DNA of 64,000 bases from Candidatus Spechtbacteria bacterium (GTDB taxonomy: Bacteria; Patescibacteriota; Minisyncoccia; Spechtbacterales; JACPHP01): contig JACPHP010000013.1 in assembly GCA_016188605.1 (NCBI GenBank), positions 2,846-66,845 on the forward strand, read 5' to 3'. The notes under the pieces are model-generated. The model was not told the DNA's origin. It searched no databases and was given only the letters and a program-made list of their open reading frames with translations. Of the stretch, positions 40,156 to 49,841 are shown piece by piece (the first letter of the stretch is position 1; every line of letters begins with the position of its first letter). Position numbers and translations under genes: made by a program.

Positions 40156-41392
40156 AATTCCCTATTGTTTCAAACGAAAAAATGCTTCCCCTTCCTTCTT
40201 CTTTGCGTGGTTTTATCTCCGCTCCACCCGATTCCAAGCTTTTCTTGCTCACTACCGCGCGCATCGGAATGCCAACGAGGTCGGCATCGGCGAATTTTTC
40301 TCCAGCTGTCATCTCTAAACGATCGTCGTATAACACTTCAATGCCTTGCTTTTCTAAAATTTCATATAGCTCTGTCGCTTTGCGTTCAGTTTCCTCATCA
40401 TCCGACAACCGCAATAAATTAACCTGATATGGCGCTATGTTGCCAGGCCAAATAATACCCTTATCATCATGGCTAACTTCAACTACAGCGCCCATGGTAC
40501 GCCCGACGCCAATTCCGTACGAGCCCATCACCACCAGATCCCTATCGCCTTTTTCATTAACAAACATTAAGTTAAATGCTTTGGAATATTTAGTGCCAAG
40601 GGGAAAAATGTTTCCTACTTCTATTGCTTTCTTTTCTTCAACAGTTCCACCGCATTTTGGACAAGCAACGCTTATATTCAAATGCGATATTTCGCTATTT
40701 TCCGCGTAATTGCATGATGAACATATATAAATCGTATCTTCTCCCACCGGACATATGACTTGAAACTCGTGCGTGTTGCTTATCGTAAAGTCGCCGCCGC
40801 TTGCAACTGTGTATACAGCATCGAGTCCACAACGCTTAAATGTTTTCATGTACGCACCCTTCACTTCTTCATAATAGCGAAATAAATCTTCCTCGCTTGA
40901 GTGAAAGCTGTACAAATCTTTCATCATGAATTCTCGCCCACGAAGTACGCCTGATTTGGCGCGCGGTTCGTTACGAAATTTTGTTTGTATTTGATACGCG
41001 GCAAAAGGCAAATCCTTGTAAGAATTGATAAAGCGCGAAGCGATCTCGGTTAATACTTCTTCGTGCGTCCATCCCAATATAAACGACGCTTTATCATCTT
41101 TCTTGCCACGCGCTTCAAATCCTACTTCCACATCAAAACGGCCTGTCGCGTCAAGGTACCTTCTTTCAACCAGCGCTGGCATTAATATTTCCTGCCCGCC
41201 GATTGCGTTCATTTCTTCACGAATAATCGAGTTTATCTTAGAAATTACTCGCCAGCCAAGCGGCAAATACGAATACACTCCTGCTGAATTTTTGTAAATA
41301 AACCCCGCGCGCTCCAGCAGCTGCGCGTTTACGCTCGCCTCATCGCGCGGATTTTCTTTGGTTGTTTTAGTGAATAAATGTGACTGGCGCAT
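40133..41392 (-). CDS. proS: Proline--tRNA ligase (short, no editing domain)
   Basis: QTKFRNEPR..G.LRGREF.MKDLYSFH, EVGNIFPLGTKYS, MGSYGIG. Confidence 0.95.
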   Translation of the reverse strand: MRQSHLFTKTTKENPRDEASVNAQLLERAGFIYKNSAGVYSYLPLGWRVISKINSIIREEMNAIGGQEILMPALVERRYLDATGRFDVEVGFEARGKKDDKASFILGWTHEEVLTEIASRFINSYKDLPFAAYQIQTKFRNEPRAKSGVLRGREFMMKDLYSFHSSEEDLFRYYEEVKGAYMKTFKRCGLDAVYTVASGGDFTISNTHEFQVICPVGEDTIYICSSCNYAENSEISHLNISVACPKCGGTVEEKKAIEVGNIFPLGTKYSKAFNLMFVNEKGDRDLVVMGSYGIGVGRTMGAVVEVSHDDKGIIWPGNIAPYQVNLLRLSDDEETERKATELYEILEKQGIEVLYDDRLEMTAGEKFADADLVGIPMRAVVSKKSLESGGAEIKPRKEEGRGSIFSFETIGNYVRQTLG

Positions 41393-41430
41393 ACAAATTG
41401 AGTAATAGTATATCCTTCGTTCTTTGTGAT

Positions 41431-41495
41431 AGGTGTCATCTCGAGCGAGCAGCAGCGACGAGAGATCTCTCGCGTGCGCGCTCGAGATGACACCT
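41431..41495. repeat. GTCATCTCGAG palindromic element (copy 1)
   Basis: 17-bp perfect arms AGGTGTCATCTCGAGCG; central CGAGAGATCTCTCG; sister at 60599-60654. Confidence 0.85.
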
Positions 41496-41507
41496 TTATT
41501 TTACTTT

Positions 41508-42629
41508 TTAAAAAAGTTTAGCCACATCGCGAATTGTGATAACAATCGTCAGCAAAATTAGCAGCGCAAACCCAACTATGTGCGCGGCATTTTCAAATTT
41601 TTTATTTACAGGCGAGCCTTTTATTGCCTCAATTACAATAAATAATAGCCGCCCGCCATCAAGCGCTGGAAAAGGAATAACATTTATAATCGCGAGATTC
41701 AATGAAAGAAATGCGACAAACTGCAAAACATAAATAAATCCTAAATTACTTACCTGATACACAAGATGCGCCACGCCTACGGGCCCGGCAATATCAGCGC
41801 TTAGCTTGCCAGTGGTGAAAATGCCGCTGATTAGTTGCCAAAAACCCTGCGCCAACGCGCCAAGATTATAGAATGTTGTCTGCGCGCCTTGCCATACTGC
41901 CGCGTACCATGGATAAGAGATAATTCCGCTTCGTATCATGCCTATACCAAGCGCGCCTTCGCCCGCAGGTGGATTTTCGCGCGGAGTTACAGAGATAGAG
42001 AGGTGCTGAGAACCACGCAAAATCTCTACATGTATTTCATGCCCTTTATTTTGATCAATAATATTTTTAACGTCATCAACTGAATCAATTTTAATACCCG
42101 CAAGCCATGGCTCAATCCATGTTGGAGGAATAGCTATCCTATCTATAACATCGCCCATCTGAATACCTGCTTGCGAAGCAGGCGAATTTGGCACAACCTC
42201 TATAATCTGCACGTGTACGTCGCGCGCTTGAGCTGCTTGAGAATCACTTTCAATAATAGTCGGCAAGCCAACTATATGCCCGCCAGTATATAAAACGAAT
42301 GCAAGAAAAACATTCATTGTAACTCCGGCTGCTATTACAAGCGCGCGCGCCCAAATCGGTTTGGACGCAAAACTTTCAGGATTTTGCGCTTCCTCGCCAC
42401 TCTCGCCCATAATTCGCACAAACCCTCCAAACGGCAGAGCGTTAATTGAGTAAATTGTTTCGCCCCTTTTTACGCCATAAACTCTGGGAGGAAAACCAAA
42501 ACCAAATTCCTCCACCTTGGCTCCCGCAAGCTTTGCAACAACAAAATGCCCAAGTTCGTGAACGAATACGAGTAAAGAAAATGCGACTACAAGAATAACA
42601 ATAGTAAGTATCATCGGCGTTAGCATCAA
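41508..42629 (-). CDS. rseP: RIP metalloprotease RseP (M50, PDZ)
   Basis: HELGH, GFGFPP, PDZ, NVIPFPALDGGR; true start may be a few codons downstream. Confidence 0.93.
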   Translation of the reverse strand: MMLTPMILTIVILVVAFSLLVFVHELGHFVVAKLAGAKVEEFGFGFPPRVYGVKRGETIYSINALPFGGFVRIMGESGEEAQNPESFASKPIWARALVIAAGVTMNVFLAFVLYTGGHIVGLPTIIESDSQAAQARDVHVQIIEVVPNSPASQAGIQMGDVIDRIAIPPTWIEPWLAGIKIDSVDDVKNIIDQNKGHEIHVEILRGSQHLSISVTPRENPPAGEGALGIGMIRSGIISYPWYAAVWQGAQTTFYNLGALAQGFWQLISGIFTTGKLSADIAGPVGVAHLVYQVSNLGFIYVLQFVAFLSLNLAIINVIPFPALDGGRLLFIVIEAIKGSPVNKKFENAAHIVGFALLILLTIVITIRDVAKLF

Positions 42630-42712
42630 CGAATAACGAATAAAGTACTAATATACGAATATCTTACAATTAGTTGATTCGTTTATTCGTAAGGGATTCG
42701 TTATTCGTTGAT
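42625..42712. repeat. Family E inverted repeat
   Basis: TCAACGAATAACGAAT...ATTCGTTATTCGTTGA. Confidence 0.85.
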
Positions 42713-42716
42713 TCAG

Positions 42717-43265
42717 TTATTGTTCCATCAAATCTTTCTCTTTTTCTGCCCCTATATCGTGAATCTTTTGATTATACTCCTCAACCGCTTTTTGCACGAG
42801 CTCTCGCTGCTTAAATTTTTCGTCTTCCGAAATATCGCCGGTCTCCTCCGCTTTGTCAATTTCCTTGATAGCATCTTCGCGAACGCGCCTAATGCTAACC
42901 CTTGATTCCTCTATCCTCGTGCCAACAATCTTCACCAGTTCTCTTCGACTCTCTTCAGTCAAAGGCGGTAAATTAATACGTATATGATCCCCCTCAACAA
43001 CTGGACTAATGCTAAGCTCGGTTTGGCGCAATGCTTTCTCAATAGCGGGGATTATTCCTCTGTCCCACGGCTGAATAAGAATAGTGCGGACTTCTGGTGT
43101 AGAAATAGAACCTAATTGCTTAATTTCCATCATTGTGCCATATGCCTCCACTTTAATATCCTCCACCAATTCAGCAGATGCGCGCGATGTGCGCAGTTTA
43201 TGCAATTCAGATTCCAAAGAATCTATCTGTTCGTCAAAATTTTTTCGTAATATATTTATATCCAT
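42717..43265 (-). CDS. frr: Ribosome recycling factor
   Basis: LRTSRAS, VEAYG, IQPWD, PPLTEESR, ISEDE. Confidence 0.96.
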   Translation of the reverse strand: MDINILRKNFDEQIDSLESELHKLRTSRASAELVEDIKVEAYGTMMEIKQLGSISTPEVRTILIQPWDRGIIPAIEKALRQTELSISPVVEGDHIRINLPPLTEESRRELVKIVGTRIEESRVSIRRVREDAIKEIDKAEETGDISEDEKFKQRELVQKAVEEYNQKIHDIGAEKEKDLMEQ

Positions 43266-43315
43266 AATAATCTCAAATCTAAGTAGTTTTGCGATTTAAA
43301 ATTTGAGTTTTAAGA

Positions 43316-44446
43316 TTAATGTTTCGTTCCTATAAATATAATGTTTGAATTAAAAGGATTAACTGCTAAAATATTTACTGTTTCTTGCGCCGGAATGTTG
43401 CGTGCCTGCCAAGTTATGCCAGCATCTTTACTAACATATATCTGACTATCGACTAAGGCGAAAAGATCGTTGTTAGAAGCGCCTATCTGGAAGTCAGAAA
43501 TTGGAGCAGCTCCAGCAGTAATTAAGAACGGAATGAGAGTAAATTTTACCCCTTTGTCACGTGAACGTAAAATACCATAGTCGGTAGCAAGATACAATAA
43601 AGATGAATTGCCCCTTGCAACTCTCAAGCCGTTAACTTGCTGCGCTTGTCGAGAAAATGATGCCAGGGCTGATGAACCGTCGCGCCATGTTTTTCCTTTA
43701 TCAATAGATTGAAAGAATCCATTTGGCCCTGAAGAATAAACATACAAATTGCTTGAATTGTTGGTATCCATAACCAGCCCTCTTACTTCTACACCTTGAA
43801 AGGTATGTGCTACTTTCCATGAAAATCCCATGTCATTGCTTTGCAGTAGCGACCCAGTGCTTGTAAGCGCAAATACATTTCTCGGATCACTGAAATCAAC
43901 CGCGAGGCTATTTATCACTCCGCCCCTTGAAAGACCCGAATAAACATTCTGAAATGTCTTACCTTTATCCGATGAACGCCACAGTAAACTCGTTTGCTGG
44001 TCAACCACTGAAGCCGCAAAAATTATCGATGGATTTTGTGCGTTAACTGCTACAGCTGTTATTGTTGTTCCGCTTGGTAATGTATCCACGCCAAGCTGAG
44101 TCCAAATATTTTCATCTTGATTGTGCACAAAAAATCCATACGATGTTGCCGCTAAAAGACGCCGTGCGTCAGTTGGATCAAAAAGAAAACTGTAGATATC
44201 GGCTCCTGCTATATTTACACCAGTTGCTTTTTGCGCTCCTTGCCATGTACCGCTTTGTTGATTGAAAGAAAGCACTGCCGAGGAAATGTTTCTCACTCCG
44301 GGTATATTCGGCGGAGTTATGGTAATACTAGGTGCCTTAGGGCTACCCGACAACCCCGGAAAAACACTCCTAGCCGCTTTATATGCAAGCGCTATAGCGG
44401 AAACGAGAAGAGTAGCGAAGAGTAATACAAATAATGAGTTCTTCAT
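43316..44446 (-). CDS. Secreted/anchored beta-propeller (Asp-box/BNR repeat) protein
   Basis: N-terminal signal/TM; repeated S.D.G.(T/S)W/F motifs. Confidence 0.75.
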   Translation of the reverse strand: MKNSLFVLLFATLLVSAIALAYKAARSVFPGLSGSPKAPSITITPPNIPGVRNISSAVLSFNQQSGTWQGAQKATGVNIAGADIYSFLFDPTDARRLLAATSYGFFVHNQDENIWTQLGVDTLPSGTTITAVAVNAQNPSIIFAASVVDQQTSLLWRSSDKGKTFQNVYSGLSRGGVINSLAVDFSDPRNVFALTSTGSLLQSNDMGFSWKVAHTFQGVEVRGLVMDTNNSSNLYVYSSGPNGFFQSIDKGKTWRDGSSALASFSRQAQQVNGLRVARGNSSLLYLATDYGILRSRDKGVKFTLIPFLITAGAAPISDFQIGASNNDLFALVDSQIYVSKDAGITWQARNIPAQETVNILAVNPFNSNIIFIGTKH

Positions 44447-44485
44447 AATCTATAGATTTATCAAAAGTATACTCGCGAATATAAA

Positions 44486-44555
44486 AGAATACAGAATTGA
44501 GAATACGGAATACAGGAACCGCGTCCCTGTATTCTTTATTCTGTATTCTTTATTC
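44486..44555. repeat. Family D inverted repeat overlapping the holB 3' end
   Basis: GAATACAGAATTGAGAATACGGAATACAGG..CCTGTATTCTTTATTCTGTATTC. Confidence 0.85.
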
Positions 44556-45405
44556 TAATTCCCGCGTACTCAAGCGCAATTTGTGCGTTTCCGTTGGCAC
44601 GAATCGCCTCGCGCGCCTCTTGGATGCATTGAACTGCATGAAATGCAGACGCTTGCGCAAAAAAAATAATCCACCTCTCTAGTATATCACTAATTTCGAC
44701 ACGTTCTTTTTTACCAACAATTTCCGCGAGAGCAAATCGCTGATCAATTGAACCGCGAAGGAACAACTCTGCCTCGTTTCTAGCTTCACTTATCTGTTTC
44801 CGCATAACTTCGCTATTTTGAAGCTCAAATAAAAGACCTGGCCTACCCCTACCGTAGACAATGAACTCTTCACTTAGTTTAACATTCTCAAGAAGCTCAA
44901 TTTCTTTTTCGGGTACCAAACGAAATCGTAAAATTGTACTTCGTGATGCAATAGTTGGAAGTACCGAATCGCTCGTGCGTGTTATGAGAAAAAAAATTGT
45001 ATGCGATGCCGGCTCCTCAAGTTCTTTAAGCAATGCTTGGCCCGCCCCATGCATTAACGAATCGGCTCCGTCAATAATAATTAAGCGATACTGACCGAAA
45101 AACGGCGTATGCCTGCATGCGCGCTTAATTTCCCGCGCATTTTCCATGGTCAGGGGCGCGGAAAAAATCCGCACATCCGCGTAATCCCCGCCGTCTATCG
45201 ATACACAGGTATCGCAGACGCATAATTTTTTAGTAAATTCAAAAAAAGAATCACTGTGTTTACCCTCAAGCCATTTTGAAAACTCGCGCGCGATATGCTT
45301 TTTGCCAACGCCTTCTGGCCCCACAAAAAGATATGCCTGCGAAAGCATATCGTGTCTTACTGAAGCATCAAGAAAGTCTATTACTCTTTTGTGACCGACT
45401 ATCAT
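44536..45405 (-). CDS. holB: DNA polymerase III subunit delta'
   Basis: IVGH, AYLFVGPEGVGK, CVCDTC, LLKELEEP, LPTIASR. Confidence 0.85.
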   Translation of the reverse strand: MIVGHKRVIDFLDASVRHDMLSQAYLFVGPEGVGKKHIAREFSKWLEGKHSDSFFEFTKKLCVCDTCVSIDGGDYADVRIFSAPLTMENAREIKRACRHTPFFGQYRLIIIDGADSLMHGAGQALLKELEEPASHTIFFLITRTSDSVLPTIASRSTILRFRLVPEKEIELLENVKLSEEFIVYGRGRPGLLFELQNSEVMRKQISEARNEAELFLRGSIDQRFALAEIVGKKERVEISDILERWIIFFAQASAFHAVQCIQEAREAIRANGNAQIALEYAGIRIKNTE

Positions 45406-45455
45406 AAACTTAATTATATCATTCTTTGCAATCCGACCAAACATATAATACAAAA

Positions 45456-46598
45456 TCATTTTTCCATTTTGCTAGCTAAAATATCACGTAAAAATCTGCG
45501 GAGTTCCTGTGCAAATCTTTCTTGGCTAAAAAGCTCGGCTCTGCGGCGTATTATCTCGGGGTCATAATTTTGATAATTTTTATTCAGTCGGCGCACTGCG
45601 TCCGCAAGCACAGCCGAATCGGGGTCGTCAAAAAACTCTCCATGCACACCCTCCATTACCGATTCCTGAACTCCGCCTCTGCGTAAAGCTATCACGGGCT
45701 TGCCATATAGCATAGCTTCAACCGGAGCGATGCCAAAATCATCATCACTAGGGAATACAAACGCCTTGCATTCCTTTAAATACTCATGCACTACCGCATC
45801 TGATTGAGCGCCTAGAAATGTTATGGAGTTACCGGCAATCCCTCGTAGATATTCACGCTCCGGCCCATCGCCAATTACAACTAATGGCAGGCCAATTTTA
45901 GAAAATGCCTCAACGGCTATATCTACATTTTTATATTTCTGAAGATATGAAACGATTAGAAAATATTCGCCCCTTCTTACATCGACTTCATTGAGCAAAT
46001 TATTACGCGGTGCTGTAACTGGTGGATATATAACTTGAGCATCGCGACGATAAAATTTTTGTACGCGAGCGCGCACGGCGTTAGAGTTGGCAATAATATA
46101 ATCAGGCCGCTGTGCCGCCTCAAAATCCCACGTACGAAGTAAATGAAGAGCGATACGGCCAATACCGCCCGCAAACCCCTGCGTTTGCGCGGCGTATTGC
46201 TGAGTAAAGTCCCACAAAAAACGAGTTGGGGTATGACAATACCAAATATGCACAGTATGAGGGCTTGTGATAATGCCTTTTGTAAATGAAGCGGATGAAG
46301 AAATTACAATATCAAAATCGTGAAAATCAAACTGTTCTGTAGCGGAAATTAAAAGAGGAGCTAAGTATTTGTAATGCCGGTGCGCAAACAAGGGCAGGCG
46401 CTGCAGCCACGACGCGCGAACGTCGGCATCCGCAAAACGCTCACGCGCAATTTTTTTATCGGCAAATAATGTATATATAGGAGCGCTGGGAAAAAGCGAG
46501 TGCATAGCCGAAAGCACGCGTTCAGCTCCACCGTAACGAATCAAAAAATCGTGAACGAGCGCAATGCGCAATGGTTTATCGGGTGTCATATAACACAC
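45456..46598 (-). CDS. Glycosyltransferase family 4
   Basis: ALVHDFL..GGAERVL, YCHTPTR, DDFGIAPVEAM..GKPVIA. Confidence 0.92.
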   Translation of the reverse strand: MCYMTPDKPLRIALVHDFLIRYGGAERVLSAMHSLFPSAPIYTLFADKKIARERFADADVRASWLQRLPLFAHRHYKYLAPLLISATEQFDFHDFDIVISSSASFTKGIITSPHTVHIWYCHTPTRFLWDFTQQYAAQTQGFAGGIGRIALHLLRTWDFEAAQRPDYIIANSNAVRARVQKFYRRDAQVIYPPVTAPRNNLLNEVDVRRGEYFLIVSYLQKYKNVDIAVEAFSKIGLPLVVIGDGPEREYLRGIAGNSITFLGAQSDAVVHEYLKECKAFVFPSDDDFGIAPVEAMLYGKPVIALRRGGVQESVMEGVHGEFFDDPDSAVLADAVRRLNKNYQNYDPEIIRRRAELFSQERFAQELRRFLRDILASKMEK

Positions 46599-46622
46599 TC
46601 TATCGCTTTCACGTTGCTTGCG

Positions 46623-47177
46623 TCAACAAAGACCCTGATGCGTATTTTTTAAAATCTCTGGCAAATCCAGCACATCCACTCTTTGCAGTTTATCCCCATC
46701 ATCAAATACGCAGTGATACTGCATTGGCTTTTCGCTGATAATCATGTGGGAGAGAAAATGAGGCACATTATCAGCTATTTCCGGATTGCCTATCGTGCAG
46801 ACCCAGTCAATTGGCTTCCACGCTATTATTCCCTCGTTTATTGCGCGATCCTCTTCCCATGTTAGCTGATGAGGCGCGAGATCTGACACAAACGCAAACA
46901 TTCCAGAAGTAATCCTGTCAGCTTGTTGATTCTGCCATCCTTCCCATGTCACGACACCGGCGTAACGTAGACTGCTTGCTTGAGTTAAATCAATTTCCGT
47001 CTCCTCCATCATCTCGCGGCAAACACTTTCGTAAGGCGTTTCGCCGGGCTCAATTTTTCCTCCGGCGCCATTCCAGCGATTCAGCCATGGCTGCTTATGG
47101 CGATAGATCATGGCAACTTTGCCGTCTTTCAAGGGGAAGCAAATTGTAAACTTCATATCAAAATTGCCGATTTGCAT
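46623..47177 (-). CDS. Nudix hydrolase (MutT-like)
   Basis: Nudix box GGKIEPGETPYESVCREMMEET; the longer ORF start runs through repeat J. Confidence 0.85.
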   Translation of the reverse strand: MQIGNFDMKFTICFPLKDGKVAMIYRHKQPWLNRWNGAGGKIEPGETPYESVCREMMEETEIDLTQASSLRYAGVVTWEGWQNQQADRITSGMFAFVSDLAPHQLTWEEDRAINEGIIAWKPIDWVCTIGNPEIADNVPHFLSHMIISEKPMQYHCVFDDGDKLQRVDVLDLPEILKNTHQGLC

Positions 47178-47276
47178 ATGCCATAATTGCCCAAGAGGGC
47201 AAGTTACTTTGTAATACAGCCCTATTAGCTGCAATTATGAGCACTCGGTAATTTGAGCTTTGCTCAAATTACCGAG
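47178..47276. repeat. Family J two-hairpin element (copy 2)
   Basis: Reverse complement aligns with 17393-17484. Confidence 0.75.
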
Positions 47277-47278
47277 AT

Positions 47279-48433
47279 TCAATATATACCTTTTTGTTCG
47301 ATAAATTCTAAAGTCTCTCCTGCGCATCTTCCCCATGTAAAACGCATAGAATTTTCGCGAGCTTTCCTTTGCATATCTCCGTATAATATTTTATTTGACA
47401 TTATTTTCAGCAAAGATTCCGCGATACTTTCTGGCCTGGCAGGGTCGCAATATATCGCCCCCTCGCCTCCTATTTCTTGCAAAAAAGACGAGGCTATCAC
47501 GGGTATGCCATGGCTTTGCGCTTCCAAGATAGGCATGCCAAAGCCCTCATCGAATGAAGGGAAAAGCAAAATGTCAGAATTTTGATAAATTATTTCTTTT
47601 TCCTGATCAGTAATAAATCTATTGATATTAATAAGTGTCGCATTATTAAAAAGTTGGTCTTGCAAGCTTGAGGCAAACGTATCATTGCCTCGCGGGCCTA
47701 CGATGTTGATGGTAAAAGATATAGATGTTTTCTCGCGCAAAATATGAAACGCCTCGGTGATTCCCTTAATATTCTTCCTCTTATCCTTACGGCCGATAAA
47801 TAAGATGTTTTTAGCTCCTGTATTCTGTATTCTGTATTCTGTATTCTGTTGCATATTCATGCCATGATGAATTATCTTAATGGGCGTTTCTGTCGGGAAA
47901 AACTCCTCAATCCCCCTTTTTGTATGCTCCGAAATCGCAATTATTCCTTTTGCATTTTGAATAGTTTTTTTAGTAGTCCAACGCAAATACTGCCTTTGCA
48001 AGAATAAATACGCCCACGGAACTCGCTCCCATTCAACGCCATGGATGGTGGCAACGCCTGGAATCCCAACCGATGACCATCTGATTGGCAGTGGATGTGC
48101 TGGGCTAAAAAAAATATCTGGTTTTATTTTGTTAACAAGGCTTGGCAAAATTATTTGATGCCACATTGGCCGATATGGCGAATAAACAATTCTTGTATTC
48201 TGTGGCAGTTTCCCTAAGGTTTTAGAAACTTCCTGTAAATTATTACCCCCCTTCGCGCCGATTGACATTGGCGCTTCGAAGGGGTTATTCTCCTCTGCAG
48301 AGGAGAATAAAAAAAACTCGTGCTCGCGGGCGCTATCTAGCGCCAGCATATGAGTAATGAGCTGATAAGTATATTCTTCTACTCCGGTTCTCTGTGATTT
48401 CAGGGCTGAGGTGATGTCGATACCAATTTTCAT
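47279..48433 (-). CDS. Glycosyltransferase family 4 with repeat-derived in-frame inserts
   Basis: MKIGID..TGVEEY, RKN, PSFDEGFGMPILEA..G.PVI. Confidence 0.92.
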   Translation of the reverse strand: MKIGIDITSALKSQRTGVEEYTYQLITHMLALDSAREHEFFLFSSAEENNPFEAPMSIGAKGGNNLQEVSKTLGKLPQNTRIVYSPYRPMWHQIILPSLVNKIKPDIFFSPAHPLPIRWSSVGIPGVATIHGVEWERVPWAYLFLQRQYLRWTTKKTIQNAKGIIAISEHTKRGIEEFFPTETPIKIIHHGMNMQQNTEYRIQNTGAKNILFIGRKDKRKNIKGITEAFHILREKTSISFTINIVGPRGNDTFASSLQDQLFNNATLININRFITDQEKEIIYQNSDILLFPSFDEGFGMPILEAQSHGIPVIASSFLQEIGGEGAIYCDPARPESIAESLLKIMSNKILYGDMQRKARENSMRFTWGRCAGETLEFIEQKGIY

Positions 48434-48455
48434 AGCTGAATCTGATAAATTATCT

Positions 48456-48626
48456 TATCTTAAAACGCAAATCTAAAATGGCAAAACTAAATCTCAAAAT
48501 TCTCAGCCAAAGGCTGATCCCCGCCAGAGGCGGGCAGGCGCCTCTGGCGGAAAAACTTTTAATCTGACGTCGAAGATTTTACATTTAAGATTTAGATTTG
48601 AGATTTGCCATTTGAGATTTAAGATA
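48456..48626. repeat. Family A element with nested GC-rich core
   Basis: TCAGCCAAAGGCTGATCC[CCGCCAGAGGCGGGCAGGC]GCCTCTGGCGGAAAA core. Confidence 0.9.
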
Positions 48627-48636
48627 ATAACTGATT

Positions 48637-49650
48637 CTATTTGCGTGCCATGACGCTTCGTTTGTATATTTCAAGATTTTCAAGCGCGATGCCAGTACCT
48701 TTCACCACGCAGAGCAAAGGTTCCTCAGCGATATAGGCGGGAACACCGGTTGCTTCCGCAAGCAGCGCGTCAATGTTGCGCAGCATTGCTCCACCTCCGG
48801 AAATAATCATGCCGCGATCCATCACGTCTGCTGAAAGTTCCGGTGGTGTTTCACGGAGCACAGATTTCACAGCATTTATAATTTCTTTCATCTGTTCTGA
48901 TATTGCAAAAGTAATTTCATTTGATTTTATGTCCACAATTCTAGGCAGACCCGTCACAAGATCTCTCCCGCGAACTTCATAATGTTCTTCTTTTTTCTGC
49001 GGCACCGCGGAGCCAATGCGAATTTTAATATCTTCCGCGCTGCGCTCGCCAATTGCAAGATTATATATCGCTTTCATATACTGCGTGATTGTTTGATCGA
49101 TTTTATCGCCTCCAACCCGCACTGAAGCTACAGACACAATACCGCCAAGTGAAATTATTGCTACTTCCGTCGTTCCGCCACCAATATCAACAATCATATT
49201 TCCGGCAGGTGAATTAATGGGTATACCCGCACCAATAGCAGCCAAAATTGGCTCTTTAACCACATAGACAGCTTTAGCTCCTGCTTTTAGTGACGCTTGA
49301 ATTACTGCGCGCCGTTCTGTGGAAGTAATCCCGGCGGGCACAGACACCATCACCTCTGGCTTGAATAGCCGCACTCTACCACTTGCTTTATTGATAAAAT
49401 AGCGCAGCATGGCTTCTGTAACGCGGTAATCTGCAATAACACCGTCCTTCAGCGGACGGTGTGCCACAATTGTTTCTGGAGTGCGCCCTATCATTTCCCG
49501 CGCTTCCAGCCCCACTGCAAGAACAGTGTTGTCTTCAAGTGATACGGCAACAACCGACGGCTCATTTGCGATAATTCCAAGCCTAGGCACGAAAACAAGG
49601 CTATTAGCCGTGCCAAGATCTATACCAATTCTTGTTGGAGAGAAAAACAT
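48637..49650 (-). CDS. mreB: MreB paralogue (MreB/Mbl)
   Basis: IGIDLGTANS, EPSVVA, DIGGGTTE, SGGGAML. Confidence 0.93.
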   Translation of the reverse strand: MFFSPTRIGIDLGTANSLVFVPRLGIIANEPSVVAVSLEDNTVLAVGLEAREMIGRTPETIVAHRPLKDGVIADYRVTEAMLRYFINKASGRVRLFKPEVMVSVPAGITSTERRAVIQASLKAGAKAVYVVKEPILAAIGAGIPINSPAGNMIVDIGGGTTEVAIISLGGIVSVASVRVGGDKIDQTITQYMKAIYNLAIGERSAEDIKIRIGSAVPQKKEEHYEVRGRDLVTGLPRIVDIKSNEITFAISEQMKEIINAVKSVLRETPPELSADVMDRGMIISGGGAMLRNIDALLAEATGVPAYIAEEPLLCVVKGTGIALENLEIYKRSVMARK

Positions 49651-49652
49651 AT

Positions 49653-49824
49653 CAATCTCAAAATGTAAATCTCAAATGGCAAAACTAAAATCTGAATCGC
49701 AAATCTTCAGCCTGAGGCTGATCCCCGCCAGAGGCGGGCAGGCGCCTCTGGCGGAAAAATACCGTAGTTCGTAGTTTTTAGATTTGAGTTGTAGTTTTAC
49801 GTTTTGCGATTTGAGCTTTAAGAT
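49653..49824. repeat. Family A element with nested GC-rich core
   Basis: TCAGCCTGAGGCTGATCC[CCGCCAGAGGCGGGCAGGC]GCCTCTGGCGGAAAA core. Confidence 0.9.
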
Positions 49825-49841
49825 ATAATATCAAAATAGTA

